Part shown: positions 1 through 12,132 of the stretch, in pieces
Layout of the letters: each line of letters starts with the position of its first letter
How positions within the stretch are numbered: the stretch's first letter is position 1
Origin: Batkoa obscura
Lineage: Eukaryota
Length of the DNA: 64,000 bases
Assembly: GCA_030770535.1 (NCBI GenBank)
Contig: JASVEC010000017.1
Span: forward strand, 62,001 to 126,000
Direction of reading: 5' to 3'
Program-made: the position numbers and the translations under genes
The notes under the pieces: model-generated
Seen by the model: the letters and a program-made list of their open reading frames with translations, nothing else
Told to the model about the DNA's origin: nothing
Database searches by the model: none

Positions 1-791
1 ACAATGAAATACCTCAAAGCTTACCAAACAACCAAAATGGTCCAATCGCTCAAAGTTCACAAACCAATAATCATGCATCTATTACATATAAGCCCAATCC
101 ATTTAACTTTAAACCAGGAAAAAAAGAATCAGATTCTTATATCTGTTTACCATTAAATTCACGTAGTAGCTACTGGGCATTAAAATTATTACCTAAACCT
201 GCTCAAGAGGCTGTATCTTCTTTGATTAGTGCTGGTGTTTTAAAAGCTACTTATCCTTTTAGTGGTACTTATCCTACCGATACTAGTACTGCTACTGGTT
301 ACTATCCAACCACCACTCCAGATATAACTATTACTACCACAGATACTAGAGTAACATCTACTCCTGATGTTTCTACTGATACTGATACTGGAGTAACGTC
401 TACTCCTGATGTTTCTACTGATACTGATACTGGAGTAACATCTACTCCTGATGTCTCCACTATTACCAACACTGGAGATTCTTCAACTCCAGGAATCTCT
501 ACTTCCACTGACACTGGTGTAACATCTACCCCAGATGTTTCAACAACCACCAATACTGGTGATTCTTCTACACCCGGAATTTCTACTATAACCAACACCG
601 GTGATTCTTCCACTCCAGGAATTTCCACTACCACTAATACTGGAGCTTCTTCTACTCCAGGAATAACTACGATTACTGATATTACAACAACTTCAGGAGT
701 CTCGACTAGTGCCACATACACTGGGTATCCAAGACCTTCTGGACATTATGGATTTCCACCAAACTATAGCTCAGATATAAGAAACTTTTAG
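1..791 (+). CDS. Ser/Thr-rich mucin-like protein, 5'-truncated by the window edge; paralog of 12133-13374
   Basis: Frame is open from position 3 (NEIPQSLP...SYICLPLNSRSSYWALKLLPKPAQEAVSSLISAGVLK), matching the 413-aa paralog. It continues through 14-aa repeats (STDTDTGVTSTPDV / STTTNTGDSSTPGI) to a stop at 791. Confidence 0.8.
   Translation, partial: NEIPQSLPNNQNGPIAQSSQTNNHASITYKPNPFNFKPGKKESDSYICLPLNSRSSYWALKLLPKPAQEAVSSLISAGVLKATYPFSGTYPTDTSTATGYYPTTTPDITITTTDTRVTSTPDVSTDTDTGVTSTPDVSTDTDTGVTSTPDVSTITNTGDSSTPGISTSTDTGVTSTPDVSTTTNTGDSSTPGISTITNTGDSSTPGISTTTNTGASSTPGITTITDITTTSGVSTSATYTGYPRPSGHYGFPPNYSSDIRNF
340..700 (+). repeat. Coding tandem repeat with a ~42-nt unit
   Basis: About 8 imperfect copies, e.g. 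actggagtaacatctactcctgatgtttctactgatactgat. Confidence 0.85.
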
Positions 792-896
792 GTAAATCAA
801 GAAACTATTTTTTATCAATCAATAAAATTATTATATTTATATCTTTTATTTTATTATTTTATTTTATTGATAATTTTAAGCTTTGAAAATGAGATT

Positions 897-995
897 TGAG
901 GATGTTTTTTTTGTTTAAGAATTTTACTAACAATCTTTCCGCTGAAATAGCGCTTAAAAATGGAAAAAATAATGAAGCCAAAAAAAACACCTCCA
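897..995 (+). mobile_element. ~100-bp MITE-like repeat, family A, copy 1
   Basis: tgaggatgttttttttg...caaaaaaaacacctcca; imperfect terminal inverted repeats; core ttaagaattttactaacaat...aaatagcgcttaaaa shared with 9 other copies. Confidence 0.8.
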
Positions 996-2332
996 TTTGA
1001 TTATATTCATTATTTAATATTAGAAATTCAATAAGTATTAAAATAAATCATAATGGTAATAATATTGCCTTATTTAAAAAAATGTTATTTTTTTTACGAT
1101 TGAAAGATAGTAATTTTAATTGTTATATTAATTTAAATAAAATATATAAATACCTTAGTCAATGAAACTAAATGACTAAACCTTTTATTAAAAAACCTTT
1201 TAGTAAGATAGGAGTAGAGTCTAACAGAGATCCTTAATTTTATAAGGAGTAAAGTAAAGTAAAGAAATGAGATATATTTCATTTTTATTCTCTAGTAGAC
1301 TAAAAATACTATTTAAAACCATAAATAAAGTACAGTTAAAATCATACTTTGTTTCTTATTATTAAAATAACATCTTTTTTAAAGATTTATTATATATTAC
1401 ATTCCATCACCTCAAGAGTACATATTAGTATCATACAAAGTAGATATAGATCAAAGTCTTTCCACTATAATAGACATTAAAATTATTAACCAAGCATTGA
1501 AGTTATCTAATAAATAAGTAGTTATTTTTATTAAATAAATGAAAGTAGCTATTATGATATTACTATTATATTATTACTTTCAAGTATTTAGAAGGGATCG
1601 TAATAGTAATTAATTGACTAAATGAAGAAAAGGTAAAATAAATTATAAGAAATTAATTCATAATAAAAACTCATTAATTTAGAATATCTTCTATAAAGTG
1701 ATTGTTTTAAAATAGTATATAAATAAGGTAAGTTATAGAAATTGTATATTTTTTCTTTATTATTAAAGTAATAGCACTATTTTTTAAAAATTGTATTATC
1801 TTATAATTTATCCCATAAATAAATATAAGGCCACAATAATATTGGGGATACAGAAAGTTCTAATTTGAACTAAATTTAATATATAACTTAATAATTAATA
1901 ATTAGGACATTATAAGTTTATTAAAAATCCTTACAGTTAAATACCTTCAATCTATCCTTTACAAGTTTTTTTTATCGCATATCGATAATTTATTATTGTC
2001 GTTACTATTGTTTGATATTTATTTTTAGTGAACTAAAAGCATACATAAATTGAATTTTGTGTTTTTCAAATAGATACAAGTGTTAACAGAATAAATATCA
2101 TGGAGAATTACTAAAAATAGAGATTTCTCTATAATTTTTATAAACTTCAGATGCGCCATAAAGTCATTATTCTCATCAACGGTAAATTTTCTATGTTTTT
2201 AACTTAAAATTCTTAAATCATAAGCTCAATTTATCCAATTGATTAAGCTTTGTTAGCAAACGCAGTAAAATATTACTTTCAATAGAGAATTATAAATCCT
2301 TCCTTTTTTCAAACAAATTTTTTTAATTAACC

Positions 2333-4119
2333 ATGGGTAGTAATAGTTTCAAAGCAGAGCATAAAAACAAAAATAAAAGAAATTCAAAGTATAAAAAGAA
2401 TAATAAACGTTCCAGTCCAAAATTGAGTCCAAAATTAGCTAATAAAAGTAATGATAGTACTAATGTCAGTGAAAAAGGATCTGATAAGGTAGAAACTAAC
2501 AGTCAAAAAGAAGTTGAGGAGAAAAAGGATGATGAAGATAAGGCTAGTGAGAAAATAGTAACCAAAGCTTTAGAAGAAGGAAGTGGTAATGGTGAGAATA
2601 TAAATAAGAAGGAAGATAAAGAAGATACTGAAGTTTCAACTAAAAATGAGGAGAAAAAGCAATTAAAAAAGAAACAAGAAGCTAAGAATTTAAAACAACA
2701 GGTTAAAGATCAAGAAATTTTAAGTAATAATAGTAATAAGAATAATGAAGAGATTACTGTGAGTAAACAACAAGATAGAAAGGGAACAACTGAAACTGAT
2801 GTTAAGGAAGATAGTAATAATAAAAAAGAAGAATTAGCTAGTACTAATTCAGTTGCTATTAAATCAACTCCATCTCAAAATAATGTTAATAGTAATAAAG
2901 ATCAAGTTGTTACAGATAGAACACCATTATTAAAGAATACCAACAGTGATAGTAATAGTAATACTGGTTATACTAATTCAGTTCAAGAAACTAGAATCAA
3001 TATTCCAAATAATCATAATAGCAATGAAAATACAACTAATGAAAATACAACTAATGAAAATCGTCAAGGTAAATTAATATAATAAATAATATAATAGCAT
3101 ATTTAATATATATTAATCTTTTAGCACCAAATAATAATTATATTAAATGGATCATAATTATAGGATTATTAATTTTAGGCAATATTGTTGGTGTTTATTT
3201 ATTATTTTTACAACCTACTTTAAGTTTAGGAGAAAAGATGATGGAACAAATTAATTATAAAAGAATTTTAAATGACCAAAAAGCATTAAATGAACAAAAT
3301 GAAAGTAAAGAATATATTTTAAAAGAAAGTAAAGGATTTAAAAATATATTATCAATTCAACAAAAATTTCAATTTCCATATTGGAAATTAAATCAACCAT
3401 CTGAAGTTTATTTAAAATTAAATGATAAAAATTTACCTTTTGTTGAAAATAAAGATTTTCAAGGTTAGCTTTTATTATTATTAAATATATATAATTCTCT
3501 TTCTTACTATGTTAAATAAATAGTATAAATATAAATAAAAATATATGTTATATCTATATATTATTAATATTACAAATAAATAAGCATAAAAATATATAGA
3601 TATAAATATATTATTATTCAATTTTTATTTTTAATTAATCTCTTATTTATTATATTATATTATACTATATTATATTTATTTTTATCTTATTATAGTTATT
3701 CCATACAGTGGTAATTTTAAAGCATATAATAAAAAGGTAGTGATAGGTAAAATAAGTACTACATGTTCTTTATATAATTTTGAATTCTATAATCAAATTA
3801 TAATGGTACCGTATGAACCTGAAATATGCCCCCATTTATTTATACCAAGTTATAGTGGACAAGAAGTAAGCATTTCTATTATAATATATATATATATGTA
3901 TATTAATAATTATAATTTAATATAAATTTTTTATTATAGGCTGGTGCTTCAGCAATAATTTATTATTTAAATGAAACTCAATCTTTTCCTAACTTATATC
4001 CATATCAACCTCATTTATTATCTTCTCATTGGAATTCAACTATTGATAATGAAGCTTTAAAAATACCAGTATTATTTGTTACATCAACTATGGCTAAATT
4101 ATTAAAATATTATTCTTTA

Positions 4120-4163
<44 letters not shown>

Positions 4164-4841
4164 GAAAGATAAAGATAAAGATAAAGAAGATATTAATTTA
4201 TTATCTATTATTACACATTCAAAACATAAACTAAAACAATCCGAAAACTTATTATTTAAAGTTAATAATAAAGAAAATGAAAGTAGCCAATTGGAATTGA
4301 TTATTGCCACAGATTGGGGTAAATTTTATTAACTTATTTTATATAAGAAATTAACTTTTTATATTTTTAAATAGATAATTTCAATAGCAAGGATGATAAT
4401 AGTAATCAATCAAGTAGTAATATAGTTTTGTTAGAATTATTACGTATTATTGACAAATTAAAATTAAAATTGAAATATAAATTACAATTTCATTATTATT
4501 CCAAGAATTTTGAAATGGGTTTAGGTATTAAACAATTTCTAAAAGATAATCCACACAATGAACAACAATATTATGTATATTTAAAAAATATACAAAACTT
4601 TAATTTACAATTATTAAATACTCAAGAATTACCATTAAATATTCAACAACAATCCGAATATTTAAAAAATTTATTAAAATTAAGTTTATCAGTGATTAAT
4701 AATTCAACTAATTTTAATCATCCTGTAATAATTGATAATCAACAGTTACAATTAAATAATTCTATTTTGAATCCTTTATTAAATATTATTCAAAATAATA
4801 TACCATTACAAATATTATTTAGTAAAAATAAATCAACTAAC

Positions 4842-4872
<31 letters not shown>

Positions 4873-5013
4873 TAGATTTAAATCAAAGAATTATTAATGT
4901 AAGTTGAATTATTTATTATTTATATATTATTTTAAATTTATTGATATTAATTTTTTAAATTTATTTAGATATTACAATTATTAATCACTTTATTATTATT
5001 ATTAAATGAATAA
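2333..5013 (+). CDS. Type II membrane protein with PA domain and degenerate M28 peptidase-like domain (6 exons)
   Basis: Approximate exons 2333-3068, 3125-3463, 3696-3865, 3940-4318, 4375-4898, 4969-5013. Disordered N-tail with DRTPLL, TM segment WIIIIGLLILGNIVGVLLFL, PA-like AGASAIIYY...KIPVLFVT, M28-like LIIATDWD...DDN...LLELLR...FHYY...EMGLG. Confidence 0.6.
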
Positions 5014-5085
5014 AAAATAATAAAACAAGAGTAAAACATTAAATTAATCTTATTATCTAATTTTATTTATCTATAATAATTATAA

Positions 5086-5275
5086 TTATAATTCATTATT
5101 ATTTAATGAATTGAGTTTATCTTCTACTTTAATATAAATATATAATTTAACTTTCATTTTAAATAATCTTCTTAAATTCATTGTAGCTTCTTGGACTACT
5201 TGATTGATTAATTGACCATTAGCGCCTACTAATATTTTCTAAAATAAAAATAAAAATAATTATTAACATCAATAA

Positions 5276-5318
<43 letters not shown>

Positions 5319-6318
5319 TAGAATACTTACTTTATGTTTAATATTATTAACTATTAATAATTGATCAATTCTTAATATATTTTCAATTTCATTAAAATCC
5401 CAATTTAAATTTTTTTGAACAAAAACATAAGGTAAATAAGATTTTAATCGAATAAAATAACTTTCTTTAATAGTATCCATTACTCTCTCATAATCTGATT
5501 GATCTGTTTTTAAAAATTGTGGATATTCCCATTTACCTGGTAATGTTTGAGCTAATAAATAATCTTTCAATAGATTGATATTGATTTGTTCTTTAACACT
5601 AATAAAAAAATACTTAATATTTTCAATTTCTTTAAGTTTATTTGAATATTTTATCATTAATTTCTTTTCTACTTTTTCCTTCATTTCTAATTTAACTTTT
5701 TCTTCCTTAGGAATCAAATCTATTTTATTAAATCCAATAATTACTTTCTTTTTCCCTAACATTTCCCCAACTCTATCTACAATATAATCCTCTGCATAAT
5801 TTGTCATATTTAAATATTTAAACCCATCTAATAATACTAATACTAAATCACTTTCATTACTACATTGCCAAGCTGAATTAATTAATTCTCTATTAAATTT
5901 TAAATTCTTTTTCAATTTACTATTATATCCAGTAGTTAATTTATAATTTGTTAAATTTGTAGTTACCCCTGGAGTATCTAAAAATTGTAATTGTTTATTT
6001 TCAAATGTTAATATACCAGCTATTCTTTTTCTTGTTGTTTGTGGTCGTTCTGAAACTGAAGTAATCTATTATACTTTATTAATATTAAGTTTATAAATTC
6101 AAACTAATTACATTTGAATTAAAATGAAATTTTTTTAATATTAAAAGTGGAATATAAAATAACTTACTTTTTCTCCAATAATAAAATTAACTAAACTACT
6201 TTTACCAGCATTAGCTGGACCTATAATACTTAATTTTAAAGTTTCACTGTTGGTTGGTATCTCAAATTCTTTATAAATTTTACTAAATTTATCTTCTAAA
6301 CCTAAAAAATAATAATTA

Positions 6319-6360
<42 letters not shown>

Positions 6361-6565
6361 TTATTTTTAATATTTCTATTGACTTACTTATTGGTTTAAA
6401 ATCTTTAGGTAACAATTGTAATCTATTAATTTCTTTTTTTTCTTCTACTTTTTCTTTACTAGTTTGAGTTTTTATTGTTTGATATAAGATTCTAGTAGAT
6501 GCTTGGAATAATTGGGAATTTAATTTATAATTTAATAGTCGAGGTATCATAGTGATTAATTTCAT
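5086..6565 (-). CDS. ERAL1: Era-family GTPase (mitochondrial ERAL1-like), 4 exons
   Basis: Spliced product has G1 GPANAGKSS, G2 PQTTR, G3 DTPG, G4 NKID and a C-terminal KH-like KILVGANGQLI; basic N-terminus resembles a mitochondrial presequence. Confidence 0.88.
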
Positions 6566-6751
6566 ATTGAAATAAAATATTAAAAATTTAAAAAATTTAA
6601 AAAATTTAAAATTTAATAAATTATTGATCATTATTTAATTGAAATTCTAAAAATAATCTAAGATAAATGATTGGTTTAATAAATATAATAAAATAAAAAC
6701 AAAATTGAAATTAATGTTAATTTTGATTTTTATTAAAAACTCAATAACAAA

Positions 6752-8107
6752 ATGTTTCATTTATTTAAACAATCTATAAAACATAAACCACATCTGTTAT
6801 CCTCTTTAGCATACATTCGATTACAACCTTTATCTAGCTATCAACCAATCTTAGAGAAATCCAATTTAATTCGAGATATTGGAAAAGAGGTAATATTCAA
6901 AATACTTTTAATACTTCTTTTAATACTTTTAATAATATTAATATTAATATTAATATCATTATAATTATTATATTAGGCCAGTGAAGCATTAAGTGTTAGT
7001 AGTACACGAGTAAAAGAACAAAGTAAATTACAAAAAAAAAATAATTTAAGAAGAGTTAAAATCAATACTCAACAAGATGAAGAGAATTTCATTTTTAACA
7101 AATTTGAACAAAATAATACTTTATTTTTAAATAATTATAAAGTAAGCTTATTAATGTTAATAATTTATTATTTAGTTATTTAGTTATTTATTTATTTATT
7201 TATTAATAAATTTTATTAATTTTTAATACATATATATATATAGAAATCCCATTGTCAAGCTTATTGTACTGCTGAAGAATATGATTTAACTAAATTATTA
7301 CCTTTACTTTCATCCAATTTTAAAACTAACAAAATCACAGATGATGTTTATCATTTGACTTCAATTACTTCGGAATTTGAAGCAGAAATCTTTTTATTTC
7401 AAGGAGGAACATTTGTAATTTGGGGTTTAGATAAAGAATATGGGGATTTATTTTTAGAAAATTATATACGTAAAGAAGATTCAATTGAACTTGGAAGATA
7501 TTTAGAATATGAAAAAGAAGATTTTAGTTATTATGAAGATGGTGAATTAAATACTCAAATGTTCAATGAAAGTATATTAATTGATAGTAAAAAAGATCCT
7601 ATTTTAACTAAGTTAGCATTTTCTCATGGATTAGCTAGAAGTGCTAAATTAAGTATATTAGAAGATATGTTAGATAATTTATTACAAAGTATGAGTCATT
7701 ATCCATTAATATTAGTAAAAAATGAAAATATTCGATTAAAAAGAAAAGATATCCTTAATAAAATAGGTCAAGTATTTTTAATTCGTGGTATATTAAATTT
7801 ACAATCTGAATCCTTTTTAGATACTCCTGATTATTATTGGAGTAAACCGAAATTAGAAGTTTATTATGATCAAATTAGTAAAAATTTAGATGTAAGACCA
7901 AGGATTGCTATTTTAAATAAAAAATTAGATTATGCTAACGAATTAACTGATTTATTAAGAGAACAATTATCTGAAAATCATTCCAATAAATTAGAATGGT
8001 GTATTATTCTTTTAATTGCAGTTGAAGTAGGTTTTGAATTAATTCGTTATTATGAAAGATATAAGCAAAGAAATAACATCAATAATAATATTAATTTATT
8101 AAAATAA
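6752..8107 (+). CDS. RMND1/Rmd1/Sif2 (DUF155) family protein, probably mitochondrial
   Basis: AYCTAEEYD, IFLFQGGTFVIWG, AFSHGLARSAKL, LDTPDYYW, RIAILNKKLDYANEL, LEWCIILLIAVEV; introns at about 6890-6976 and 7142-7243. Confidence 0.88.
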
Positions 8108-8183
8108 ATAAATAAAAATTAAAAAATAGAATAATAATAATTCTATTTTTATTATTTTATTTAATCTATTTTATTATTATTAC

Positions 8184-8547
8184 TTAATTATTATCATTAT
8201 TATTATTATTATTTAACATTTGCTCCATCTGTTGAATTTCATTTTTCATTATATTAAATTGAATTAAACAATGTTTTGCTTCATTTAAACAATTAAACTT
8301 TTTTAATTTAATAATTAATAGTTTTAATTTATTAAATTCTTGTTTTAAATTATTAAAATATTCTATTATATTCAATTGTCCTGTCATAACTTTTAATTCC
8401 ATCATTTGTAATTTAATTTCAATTTCTTGTTTTCTTTCTAAATTGTTATTTGCTACTTTTAATTCATTTTCTAATACTGGTTTTGATATTAATCGTTGAA
8501 GTTGATTATATTCACTAAGTATCTTTTCTTTTTCTTCATTATTATTA

Positions 8548-8634
<87 letters not shown>

Positions 8635-10314
8635 GTAATAATTTCATTATTATTAATATTGATCTCTTCTTTATCCTCAATAAATAAAATCCAATGTTGA
8701 GTTTGATTAGCTTGATTTTGATTTTTAAATGGACTTCTCATTTTTAAACTACCGGTGACTGTAGATTCTATTGGTTTCCTTGAATTATTAAGATATAACT
8801 AAATAATATTAATAAATAAAATTTATAATAATAAATAATAGAAACTTACATTAATTTCAAAATTAATTTCATTATTAGTTAATAATTGTTTTAATGAAAT
8901 TAAGCATTGACCAATTAAATAAGGTTTAAAAAAGAAACCACGATAATGATAAAATGTTAATTGAATATTTTTTCTTTCTATCAATCTTTCATTTACTTTA
9001 TTTTTTTCCAAATATATTTTTTTACTAAATAAAAATTCAGGGTCACTATTTTGATAGATAACTTTACTATCTAATTTCTCTATTTTATTTCCTAAATTTA
9101 ATTCTAATGTAAAATAACTATCAACTAATTGATCTTCAATTTTATTACAATATAAATGATTCGCTTTTTTTATATTAATTTCCAATTGATTAGGTGGAAT
9201 ATCCATATTAATTAATTGTTTGGTATATTTAATAACTTCTAATTGATATTTTGGTAATTTTTTACTTTTTAATAACAATTCTTTTTGTTGTTCAAATCTT
9301 TTTTTATATCTTTGAAATCGAATTGCATTCACTTTATCATTGAATTTATAATAATCTCGAGCTAATTTTTTAGCTTCATCTATTTGTACTTCAATTTTAG
9401 CTAATAATTCTTCTTTTTGATCAATTAAACTGGGTTCAATTATCTAATTAATATATATTTTTTATATATTAAATTATATTAAATTATATTAAATCAAATA
9501 AACTTACCTTTGGGCTCTCCTCTTTAATTTGATTATTAATTATTTTATTCTTATTCTCATTATCTTTATTATTATAAATTGTTTGTTTACTCTTACTCTC
9601 TTTCCTATTCAATAATTCTTGTAATTTATTTAAATCCTTATTATCATCTTTAAACAGTAATGAGTCCAATTGTTTAGCTTTTAACATCAACTCTTTAACT
9701 TTATTAATATCTCCCAGTTTTTTAAATTCTAAAGCTTTCATTTTTAATTGTCTTTGTTCTTCTTTTATTGCTTTTTCATCTCTTGATATATTATTTTTAC
9801 CACTTAATTGGTCTAATTCTTTCTATAAGGGACATTAGTATTTATTATTCTTTTTTTAATTGATCTTATAATTAATATTACCAATAAACTTGAGTCAATT
9901 TCAATTTCAATTTCTTCTTCTTTTGCTTTTTCAATCACTTTTTTTATTCTTGGTTTATCATTTAACTCTTGTGTTAACTTTAAAATAGTGTCATCTTCTT
10001 TTTCATCAACTCCAATTTTATTCTCTTTTTCCTTTTCATCTTCATATTTAATAGCATTATTATTTATAGATAAAGCATTAAACTCTTTCTATAAAAAAAT
10101 GTTAAAATTTTCTTTTTAATAATAATAATAATAATAATAATAGTAATAATAGTAATAATAATATATTAAAATTTACCATCAATTCCTCATCTTCTTCAAG
10201 TTCGTCATAATTAAAATTATTCTCATTTCCTTCTTCTTCATCATAGTTTTCTTCTTTTAATAAAGAATCAATATCTAAATTATTTAATAATAAGTCAATA
10301 TTTTGTTGATTCAT
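8184..10314 (-). CDS. CC2D1/Lgd-like protein (DM14 repeats plus C2 domain), multi-exon
   Basis: DM14-like KALEFKKLGDINKVKELMLKAKQL; C2-like LEINIKKANHL...SKVIYQNSDPEF...FYHYRGFFFKPYLIGQCLISLKQLL; C-terminal ISKPVLENE...helical region; ORF pieces joined by GT-AG introns. Confidence 0.72.
8542..8640. repeat. (AAT)n microsatellite encoding poly-Asn
   Basis: About 30 consecutive tta/att triplets inside the last exon of the CC2D1-like gene. Confidence 0.95.
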
Positions 10315-10729
10315 GCTTTGCTTAATTGAAAAAAAAAGTTATAAAATAAGATTAAACTTTGAATTTTATAATTTTTAAAATTAGATTTTAGAATAATGAC
10401 GTCAATTTCATTAAAAATATTATCACTAAAAATTTTGAGATTGGATTTAAAATCAATAAATCTATTAGAAAAAAATGCATTAATTTTAAAACAGATTTTA
10501 AAGTAATTAAACAATTTTTCAATCATTTATATTGAAATAATTCAAATCTAATATTCTAAACAAATTACATAATTTATTTCTTATTATAAAATAAAATCAT
10601 TAATTAACATCAATTTGATATAAATTTCACAATAAAATTAATTTAAATCATTCAACATTTACAACATAATAACAGCGATATCATTACATAATCAATTTTT
10701 ATTGAATAAAAACTCTTATTTCAATTATT

Positions 10730-11367
10730 TATAAGCTTCCAACATTTGATTTCTAGTTGAAAACCCATAATGTTCAAAACTTCTTGCTCTTGGTCAGTGT
10801 CCATTGTATAAAACACTATTAGATTCTCTTAGAGTACTAATAGTCTCAATAATCGTAGTTGATTTTGTGATACTGGCTACATTGAGAGCATTAATTGTTT
10901 TTGAAATATTAATTTTATCTGGGGCATTAGTTGGTCCTGTTCTAGAAGTAACATCAGGATCTGAAGTTACTGCTAGAATAGTAGCAAAATGAAAAATAGT
11001 TAAAGTTAGAGGAGAAGAAGTATAAATAAGTTTTAAAGCACTAACATTGATTAAAAAAGAGATAGCTTCTTGAGCTGGTTTTTATAGTAATTTAAGGCCC
11101 AATAATTATTAACTGGGTTTAATAGTAAACAAGTAGAAGAATTAGCTTCTTTTTTTTTGTTTTTATAATTAAATATATTATGCTTTTGGGATATAGATGT
11201 TATACTGTTGAGCTGAGCACTTGGAATCATTTCATTGCTTGGTAAACTTGGGCCCATTTTATCCTATCATCTAACATGCCATCAATTTGATTATTTTTAT
11301 TATTGCTAATTAATACTTGAGCAATAACAGCATTCAATAAGATTAGTAATGAAGCGTGATATTTCGT
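10730..11367 (-). pseudogene. Pseudogene of the secreted Ser/Thr-rich family
   Basis: Start reads ACG-KYHASLLILLNAVIAQ (paralog MKYHAPLAVLLNVIIAQ); TCLLLNPVNNYWAL followed by a frameshift; C-terminal YNGH*PR...EHYGF (paralogs YGGYWPR and GHYGF). Confidence 0.85.
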
Positions 11368-12132
11368 ATTTTAATAAAAATAAGAATGAAATGTTGATTA
11401 TTAATAATTATTAGATTCAATATATATGGGTATTTATATCCTTCATTTTGGGCTAATATTAATCTATTTTAATAATAAAATCGAAAAAAATATCAAGTTT
11501 AAGCTAAAAGTTATTTTTAGCATTAATTACGCAGTTTAGTTGGTAACATCAATTTTAAAATTAAAATAGTTATTTTTTTCTAAAGATTTGGTAAGTTTCA
11601 AGTCTTTTACCAAAGCCTCTTTTAATCACTAGCCTTTTTTTACTATAAAAAAATAAAGTGATACTAGATTTGTTTTGAATTTTAAAAATAATAAATAAAA
11701 GTGTTTTATTTGATGTTGATGGAAATTGTTTAGTTGTTTTTATGGCAATGATTATACTTTCAAATAGCTATCAATTAGTATTATTATGTAATTTAAGGCT
11801 TTTAATAACATTCAAATTCAAGTTGTTAATATGGCTGACAAAATAAAGTAATTCCAGGTCCAAATATTTGAGAACATCTAACCTAAAGAGGCTATATTAT
11901 AATCTTGTAAAATTTTGTAAATCACACACAATTTAAAAATTATCTAAAGTAAAATTTATTAATAAAGTCGCATTTTACTAAAACTTATTTTAATATTGAT
12001 CACACTTCAATTGAATTTTGCATTAAATTATAAACAATTTTTTTTTAAACTTAAAGCTAATAATATTATAATAATACTATAAAATATATTACTTTATTGA
12101 ATAAAAGCAACTAAATACTTGATTTAAAAGTT

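Noticed and set aside
340..700. Regularly spaced repeats resembling a CRISPR array
   Set aside because: In-frame coding repeats with no unique spacers, no cas genes, and a eukaryotic context.
302..721. Antisense Val/Glu-rich ORF (similar ones at 12194-12769 and 10804-10992)
   Set aside because: Shadow frames of the Ser/Thr repeat genes on the opposite strand.
8489..8687. Poly-Ile ORFs on both strands
   Set aside because: Artefacts of the (AAT)n microsatellite.
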